NCBI GenBank assembly: GCA_000697335.1
Contig: JNEM01012871.1
Coordinates: 1-43,325 of the forward strand
Origin: Conidiobolus incongruus B7586
Taxonomy: Eukaryota
Reading direction: 5' to 3'
Length of the DNA stretch: 43,325 nt
Below, one piece after another: positions 36,500 through 43,325 of this stretch. Both the position numbers and the translations under genes were made by a program. Position 1 is the stretch's first letter. The number at the start of each line of letters is the position of its first letter. Below the pieces are notes generated by a model that did no database searches, was not told the DNA's origin, and worked only from the letters and a program-made list of their open reading frames with translations.

Positions 36500-38450
36500 C
36501 TTTGGTCTTGAGCATTCCTTATAATATTTTATCAAGGCCTAAATAAATCATGACTTTAAACATATATACTTCAATATATTTTTATAATAATATTTAATTG
36601 GAATAAATATAGTATTAAATACAATATTATCATATTTAATCTATTATGAACATTTCTGAATATTCTTGGTATTAAAATACTTTGATAGCTATGAATCTGA
36701 TTAAGTAGTTTATATATCAAAATAAAATTAATAGGGTTAAAATCATATAAATTTCAAATAAATCTAGACTTTATTTGATGTTTAGTATCATATAATTTTA
36801 ATTTCAGAGAAAGCAATATATGGCCCAAAAACAAAGCTTGTTATATTAAAAATAAGACCTTGAATAATAAGTCTAATATCTCAAAAAATCCTTGATAATA
36901 AAATTATTTTGATTATCAATTCAAAATTATAAATATTATGGCTTCAAAATATCATTAAAACATATTTATAAAGCAATTATCTATAAGTCATTATTGCCTA
37001 TAAAAAGAAGCTTTGTTATAATAAATTTAAACTTTATAATTTAATCGTGAATAAAACTAATATAAAACTTATAGCTTTAAGGCAAAACATTCAAAAGTAT
37101 ATTATAACAAAACAATATATTAATAATTCTTTCGTAAAATATAATTATTATACACTAAAGAACATAGAATTGAATTCAAAAAAATAAATTAAATATAATT
37201 TAATGAAAAATAATCTTAAAGAAATTTATATGAAAATCAAGAAAATCAAGTGATTTCCAACTCACAAATAAAGAATACTGATGAAATAGTTAACATAATA
37301 AAATTAATAATAATATTTATATTAAAGTTATAAGGAATGGAATAGTCAAAATTAAAAAATAAATTAATAATCAAATATTTAAACATGACTTGCGTAAAAA
37401 ATAAAAACCAGCAAGTATTAAATGGTCCTTTAGTATTTTAGAACAAGCAATAAATAATTTATTAAAAGTACATGATACAATAATATTACACAAAAGAAAA
37501 ATACTAAACTCAAAAATAAAAACAAATAATAAGTTTGAATCAATTGATTGTCACTGTAGATATTTCAATAGATAAATGTTTTTTATTTCGCTTATTTTAA
37601 TAATATGTTTATTTAAAAAGTTAAACTCCTGCCATAAAAACTCAATTATAGTTTTTATTATCAAAAGACAGTGTGGTGAATTTTATTTTAGTGATTTAAT
37701 TTTGCTAGAAATTAAAGATAACTACCAAGTTCATAAGTAATATATAGTTCAGAAAATCATTTTATCCTTTAATCTTGTAATATAAATTTTTATACGAAAA
37801 TTATTCTGTTTTATGTAATTATTAAATGTAAAGAAGTTAGTTATTTTTATTTTACTTATTATAAGCTGAAAAAAATAATCACAAAATGAAACCTACTATA
37901 GAAAAAATTATACATTAGAAAAAGCAACAACAGATAAAAATTAAAAAGCTTTTAAATAAGGTATATAAATATCTTTAAAATTAATTTCTAGATAATATCG
38001 TATTATTTTATTTACTAAATTTAAGACTCAAAAGATAAAGAGAAAAACTAACAGATATATTAATAGTAAAAGTATAAGGGTAATGTTAAGGTGGTTTCAC
38101 TAAAAATTTAAACAAAAATTACTCAACAAAACAAGAGAATACCTTTGTTGTGAGCTAATCATTTGCGACAAGCATTATATAAGCAAAAATATTTGGTTAT
38201 TATGAATATTTGCATATATAACTTGAATCAAGCAAGATTCTCAAGTTCCTTCAGCGTCATGTAATAATGCATCAAGATATTAATGCTGCTAGGAACATGC
38301 TTCTTTGTTATCTGACAGTTAGTCCAGCTAAACCTCTATGATCGGTGTCGTGACATACTCCCTTCGGGTCCCTGGATTTCTTGCAACACTTGTACAAGAG
38401 TGATCAATTTTGATCAATTTTTGACAATTTTTATTATAACAATTATTCGA
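36500..38450 (+). mobile_element. Relic of an IS607-like eukaryotic Fanzor2 transposon (boundaries approximate)
   Basis: Fanzor pseudogene followed by a structured GC-richer segment and short direct repeats (38342-38430). Weak serine-resolvase-like remnants lie upstream (36511-36840). The left boundary is not determined. Confidence 0.5.
37242..38341 (+). pseudogene. Degenerate Fanzor2/TnpB-family RNA-guided endonuclease gene
   Basis: Manual translation through stops and frameshifts gives collinear motifs: KIK*FPTHK*R (HTH start); SILEQAINNLLKV; GEFYF; IILSFNLVI*IFI (decayed RuvC-I, cf. IISLDPGVRTF); YRIILFTKFKTQK..RYINSKSIRVMLRWFH*KFKQKLLNKTREYLCCELIICDKHYISK; decayed zinc finger; HQDINAARNMLLCYL (RuvC-III); TGA at 38339-38341. 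Confidence 0.82.
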
Positions 38451-38716
38451 TAATATTCTTAAATAATTAGAATTTATTAAAAATTACAAATTTAATTGAT
38501 AAAATAGAAAAAATTTAAAACCTTTTGAAATTATAAATTTAATAAAAATATTCAGAAAAATTAATATAATTATAATATTTATAATTTATTATAAAAAAAT
38601 TAATTAAATTTTATTTAAAAAATTTTTTTTTGGATGCTTATATCAATTATGCCAATTTATTTAATTTATACAAAAATTATTAATATACAACAGAATACCA
38701 ATATGTTATTTATTAA

Positions 38717-41308
38717 TTAATCGTCTTTAGAGTCTTCTTCAGCTTCGATACTCGCTTCGAACCCCGTGAATTCTTCCCCTTCCGAATCGTTCTCCGGTTT
38801 AGATGCCATCTGCTTTGGTTGGTTAGAATTACTATTTGCTGGCTTGACATCAGGTTTGGGTGAGTGCGGCTTTGCAAATGCGTCGCCCGCATAGACGCTG
38901 GGACGGTCTTTCGTGAGGTTAGACGGTTGGTTTTTCTCCTCTTCGGTCACGAAGCTGGGCTTGGATGGACGGGAATGGGGCTGGTGCTGTGGCTGGGATT
39001 GATGGTCATAGTGTGGTTGAGGCTGTGATTGTGACTGATGCTCATGTTGCACTTGATGCTGAGGTTTTGGTGCATTGGAACTAGGTTGTTCATGTGGTTC
39101 CGGTTCACTGCCTGGGCGAGATGCTGAAGAGTTTAACGAATGTCCTTTGGATGAATAGTGAGATTCGTTGGGTTTTATTCCATGTGGCTCTGGATGATTT
39201 CCAGATTCATGATTTGATTGGGGCTTGGATTCTTCTTTAGGTGGTGAATCTGGTGGTGACTTGGGTGGATTTGGTGAATCATTGGGAGGTGCTGGTTCAG
39301 CATTTGGAGCTGGTGATGGAGCTGGGATTTGAGTTGGTTCGGATGCTGGCTGTGGGTTCTGTTGCGAAGGGACTGGTGAAGGATTAGGAATTTGCTGTGG
39401 ATTAGGAGATGGAGCAGGAGCTGGGGCAGGCGACGGTGGAGGAGGAGTGGGAGGGGCGGGAGGAGGGGAAGGAGCAGGAGGACTTGGAGCTGGCGAGGGA
39501 TTAACTTGGGATGCAGAAGCTGCTGGTTGAGGAGGGGCTTGAGGTTGAGCAGGTGCCGGTGCCGGTGCTTGTGGCAGCGTTGGAGGAGAAGGCACTTGAG
39601 CTTGCTCCATGAAATTAATATCTGGAGTTGGTAAAGAGTCTCTATCCTCTTTAGTGAGCGTTCCTTGTGCAATGTTCTGAGGATGGACATCTTCTGGAAC
39701 AATGACACTGGTAGGTTGGGCAGCAGGTGCGTCCACTTGGTTATTGTACATAGATATAATTGGAGCAAGATACGCCTCAAGAAGTGAAGCTGCAACTTTG
39801 TGTCCATTCATTTCTTCTGAGCCACTCAATTCCTTTGGTATTGCTGTCGGTACATTTGATTTCACTTCGGTCGGCTCAGGATAGCTTATATCTTCTTCAC
39901 TGTCATCACTATCCTCACTTCCCGCTGTTGGTGAAGGTTTACTAGCAGATTCTTGTACACTTGGCGAAGGAGCAGCTGTTTCATGGGGTGGGTTGGAAGG
40001 CTTAGCATCGGGTGTATACATTCCATCATTTTTACTTGGCTTGCTAGGCTCAGTTGGGCTTGCTTGGGGCGCCATACTTGATGGAGGAGGAGTTGGCGTA
40101 GGTGATTCTGCTGCTGAAGAGTTTGGAGAACTTGGGCTAGTATTGGGAGTTGGAGAAGCTTGAGCTGACTCTGGAGCAGGAGGGGTTTGCTCAGGTTTTG
40201 ATGGTGCTGGAGAATTGCTTTCTGGAGCATTTGATGGAGTGGGAGATGTCTGGGGCTTAATTTCGGTTGGAGTGCCTTCTGGTTTGTTTTCAGGTTTACC
40301 TTCAGGCTTGCTTTCGCTTGAATGACCTTTAAGTGCTTTGACCAGTCCTTCAGAATAAGATGCTTTGATTTCGGAGCAAAAATTCGCTTGTCCTTGAGAT
40401 ACATCCCAAATCATAACACCACCAAATGAATTGTACTTGGCCCTGGTTTTCGTTATCAAAGGTGTTAATTTTTTGATAGGCAAATATCCAGTATTTGAAG
40501 CTGAGGGAGAAGCTGGTGCACCAAGATAGATTTTCACATCTTTGTTAATCGATTGTGTCTTTGCCCAGTTATCCCATTGGTCAAAGTTAAACGAATCAGA
40601 GCCTAAACCACAAGGGTTGTTATAAAATTGGACGAAGGCAGCATCGAGCCAACCCCTTTCCAGTACTGTTTTTAGAGCCGCATCTGGATAAGGGCATTGT
40701 GGAGCTGCTGTGATATAATATTTCTTAGATTCGTCTTTCAGAGTTAGATTCCTTAAAGCATGGGTGAAAGTGGCATAGTTATCAGGAGGCCCTTTTTCGA
40801 TATCCAGATCGATTCCATCTAGTACTGCATCCCCAAATGGTCTAAATTTGGATTTACCTCCCAAGAATAGATTCCACATCTTATCTGCTAGATGATGGGC
40901 ATGCTTTTCTTCTTTGATGGTGTAATCTCCTGAGTATCCTCCCATCGACAACACAACAGCTTTGCCTTTGGATTGGCAGTATTTAATATCTTCGCCAACT
41001 TCAGGACATTTCGCTAGATTGGTTCCAGGAAAAGTTTGATGGCAATGCTTTCCCAAATTCAACTCGGGATACAGCGACGGACTTTCGGCGTTAAATTTAG
41101 TTAAAAATGAAACGACGAACATATCGTAAGTATCATCATTACAGTATTCTCTAAGAGGTTTTTCCATCTTGGAAGCTTCCGCCTCACTCGAACTACCATA
41201 TGAGTTCTGTCCCCAATAAGCGATCAGATTTTTATCGCTCTTTATATCAAATGCCAGAGCATTGTTCCAATGATTAATTAATACAAGCGAAAGAGCAATG
41301 AATTTCAT
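38717..41308 (-). CDS. Secreted GH18 chitinase (class III / Cts1-like) with long Pro/Ser/Gln-rich tail
   Basis: Signal peptide MKFIALSLVLINHWNNALA; AYWGQNS, DIKYCQSKGKAVVLSMGG, RPFGDAVLDGIDLDIE (DxxDxDxE), TAAPQCPYPDA, FVQFYNNPC and FGGVMIWD. ATG placed at 41308. Confidence 0.93.
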   Translation of the reverse strand: MKFIALSLVLINHWNNALAFDIKSDKNLIAYWGQNSYGSSSEAEASKMEKPLREYCNDDTYDMFVVSFLTKFNAESPSLYPELNLGKHCHQTFPGTNLAKCPEVGEDIKYCQSKGKAVVLSMGGYSGDYTIKEEKHAHHLADKMWNLFLGGKSKFRPFGDAVLDGIDLDIEKGPPDNYATFTHALRNLTLKDESKKYYITAAPQCPYPDAALKTVLERGWLDAAFVQFYNNPCGLGSDSFNFDQWDNWAKTQSINKDVKIYLGAPASPSASNTGYLPIKKLTPLITKTRAKYNSFGGVMIWDVSQGQANFCSEIKASYSEGLVKALKGHSSESKPEGKPENKPEGTPTEIKPQTSPTPSNAPESNSPAPSKPEQTPPAPESAQASPTPNTSPSSPNSSAAESPTPTPPPSSMAPQASPTEPSKPSKNDGMYTPDAKPSNPPHETAAPSPSVQESASKPSPTAGSEDSDDSEEDISYPEPTEVKSNVPTAIPKELSGSEEMNGHKVAASLLEAYLAPIISMYNNQVDAPAAQPTSVIVPEDVHPQNIAQGTLTKEDRDSLPTPDINFMEQAQVPSPPTLPQAPAPAPAQPQAPPQPAASASQVNPSPAPSPPAPSPPPAPPTPPPPSPAPAPAPSPNPQQIPNPSPVPSQQNPQPASEPTQIPAPSPAPNAEPAPPNDSPNPPKSPPDSPPKEESKPQSNHESGNHPEPHGIKPNESHYSSKGHSLNSSASRPGSEPEPHEQPSSNAPKPQHQVQHEHQSQSQPQPHYDHQSQPQHQPHSRPSKPSFVTEEEKNQPSNLTKDRPSVYAGDAFAKPHSPKPDVKPANSNSNQPKQMASKPENDSEGEEFTGFEASIEAEEDSKDD

Positions 41309-42613
41309 CACGATCAATATTAATGATAATTAGTGATATCAAGTAATTAATTGATCAAAAATGTTTTAATATAACTTTTGTAATATTGATAATATAGATA
41401 TATGGCTTATAATATTGTATGAAAGAATATAAAAATGATTAATTAAGTATTATACAAAAATGCCCAGGTCTGAAAAACAAAAAAAATAATCTAAGACCAG
41501 GTCAACATATAATGAAATGTTATAGGAATGATATTTTATCAAGGTATTCCACTAGCTGATCTAATAAGCTTATATATGAATATCTCATAATAATCGTGGT
41601 ACTCTTGAGGGAAACCTCTTTACCATTTGAGAACAATTGAAATAGTTACAAATACGTTTCAAAGATTTGATTCTCCACTAAATTTCAATTTCACTAATAT
41701 CTCTTTATTGAACTCAAGTTTCATAAACAATTGCTGAAAATTAAGTTGATGGTTTCAAATTAAGCTCTAATTTGATTGGTTCAATTCGATTATTAAAGTT
41801 GTCAAGTGTATATCATCTAATTGTTTCATAATTCCAATCATTCAAATATTATCAAAGATGGGTTCTACAATACTGATACTCATAGTGAATGTTTATTACG
41901 TTTGAATATATTCTTAAATTAATATAGTTTATAATTAAACAAATGGTAAATCTTTTGATTTGAATACAAAATATATATTTACTTTATTTAATATAATAGC
42001 TTAAATTAGTATGTTTTAAAAATTTTATCAATGATCATATTCAATATTGCCAAGAATAACTTTGGTGAATTGACTATTATTTAATAATATTTATTGCATA
42101 TATTTATCACATTTAATTTACTATTTATTTTTTCATCATTTTTGAGAATTTGTAATTCCTTCATATTCATAATTTTTGAAACAAATTTTTGATTTTATAG
42201 TATTCAATGATGAAATGGATAAATATATTTTTGATAATAGTCAAACATTAATAATCAAATATTATGTTACTCATTATTTAAATGTTTGTATACTTTAATT
42301 AAGTTTAATTTAAATAATTTAGGAAGAGCTTAATATAATAGGATAGTATTAAGAAATAGTATTAAAATTTTGTACCAATATTATTATATTGTAGTATTCA
42401 ATTGAAAAATATATTAAAAATATTTGAAATTTTCGGAATAAGTTTATAAAAAATAATGTAAATATGAATATAAATATAATAGTTTAATATTTCGATAAAA
42501 ATGGTATAATTTTATAATAATAAAATCCTGAAATTAAAATTATATTAGCATTTATTTTGTTATAAGAATTAATGTATAAGTGTTTGATACTTAAATTTAG
42601 TCTTAAGATATTG

Positions 42614-43325
42614 TTATTCAATAGCATCTTTGAGTGAGGCTTTGGCTGAACCAGGAGCCAAGGGTTTGGGTTGAGAAGGATCTGGCTTCCAGCCGATCAT
42701 ATGAATAATTTGGAAGGTAGCGGGAACTGTTCCATCTTCATTACCATGAGCAGCTTGATATATGGAAGCAGCAGCCATCAGTGTATCTCTCTTGATAAAG
42801 GGGTGACGAACCAATACAGAGTTGCTTTCGCCCATAAGTTGCAAATCATCAATTAATTCAAACATACTAGGATAATTAATAACAATTTCATCAATATCAA
42901 CGGTGGATAAAGCGAAACCAGCCCTATTCATTAAATTAACTACATCTCTACTTTCTGCGAATGGGGAGACTCGTGGCGTCATACCACCACCTCTTTCCAA
43001 TTCAGCCAATTGAAGAGAAGTCCTAAGTTCGAATAAAGAGTCACCTCCAATCATAGCACCCAAAAAAACACCATCAGGTTTCAAACTCTTTTTAATCTGG
43101 ATCAAAGTACCTGGTAAGTCATTGACCCAGTGGAGGGACATGCTACTCATAATAATATCCAAAGAATTCTCTTGGAATGGGAGATATTCTTCATCAACAA
43201 CCATTCTTTCGACCTCAACTTCGTAGGGCTGATCTTCATCACGATACAATAACTTGGGCGAGAGCTCACAATTGATTACCTTTTGAGTAATGGTAGGATC
43301 CATAAATTTAGCAATATGGCCTGAA
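42614..43325 (-). CDS. NDUFAF5: NDUFAF5-like SAM-dependent methyltransferase-fold complex I assembly factor (5' part beyond window)
   Basis: VVDEEYLPF, SSMSLHWVNDLPG, LKPDGVFLGAMIGGDSLFELRTSLQLAELERGGG..PRVSPF, YPSMFELIDDLQLMGESN and PATFQIIHMIGWKP. The frame stays open to the window end. Confidence 0.93.
   Translation of the reverse strand, partial: SGHIAKFMDPTITQKVINCELSPKLLYRDEDQPYEVEVERMVVDEEYLPFQENSLDIIMSSMSLHWVNDLPGTLIQIKKSLKPDGVFLGAMIGGDSLFELRTSLQLAELERGGGMTPRVSPFAESRDVVNLMNRAGFALSTVDIDEIVINYPSMFELIDDLQLMGESNSVLVRHPFIKRDTLMAAASIYQAAHGNEDGTVPATFQIIHMIGWKPDPSQPKPLAPGSAKASLKDAIE

Noticed and set aside
38400..38430. Short tandem repeats as a CRISPR-like array
   Set aside because: Units are about 10 nt with no spacers; better explained as transposon subterminal repeats.

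Overview
Very AT-rich eukaryotic genomic DNA with short GT-AG introns, most consistent with an early-diverging fungus. This is inferred from a Zn2Cys6 factor together with calreticulin and an ear-bearing AP-2 beta subunit; a Zoopagomycota/Entomophthorales-like genome such as Conidiobolus is a guess. Thirteen protein genes appear undisrupted (the last is cut off by the window end): phytochelatin synthase, Zn2Cys6 TF, RPL33/eL33, S28 peptidase, calreticulin, SmD1, PRMT5, RPN2, AP-2 beta adaptin, Old Yellow Enzyme, PP2C phosphatase, GH18 chitinase and a 5'-truncated NDUFAF5. There are two intronless tRNA genes, Ser-CGA and Trp-CCA. Two features are missed or fragmented in the ORF track. The first is a decayed Fanzor2/TnpB (RNA-guided nuclease) element at about 37.2-38.45 kb, with a recognisable RuvC/Zn-finger C-terminus, a structured putative omegaRNA/right end, and perhaps an IS607-type resolvase relic upstream. 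The second is a disrupted Hv1-like voltage-sensor gene at 11.65-12.55 kb with altered selectivity residues. Also notable are SmD1 lying tail-to-tail with its modifying enzyme PRMT5, and an EF-hand-like tail on the PP2C. Exon boundaries were derived by eye; family calls come from recalled motifs, not database searches.
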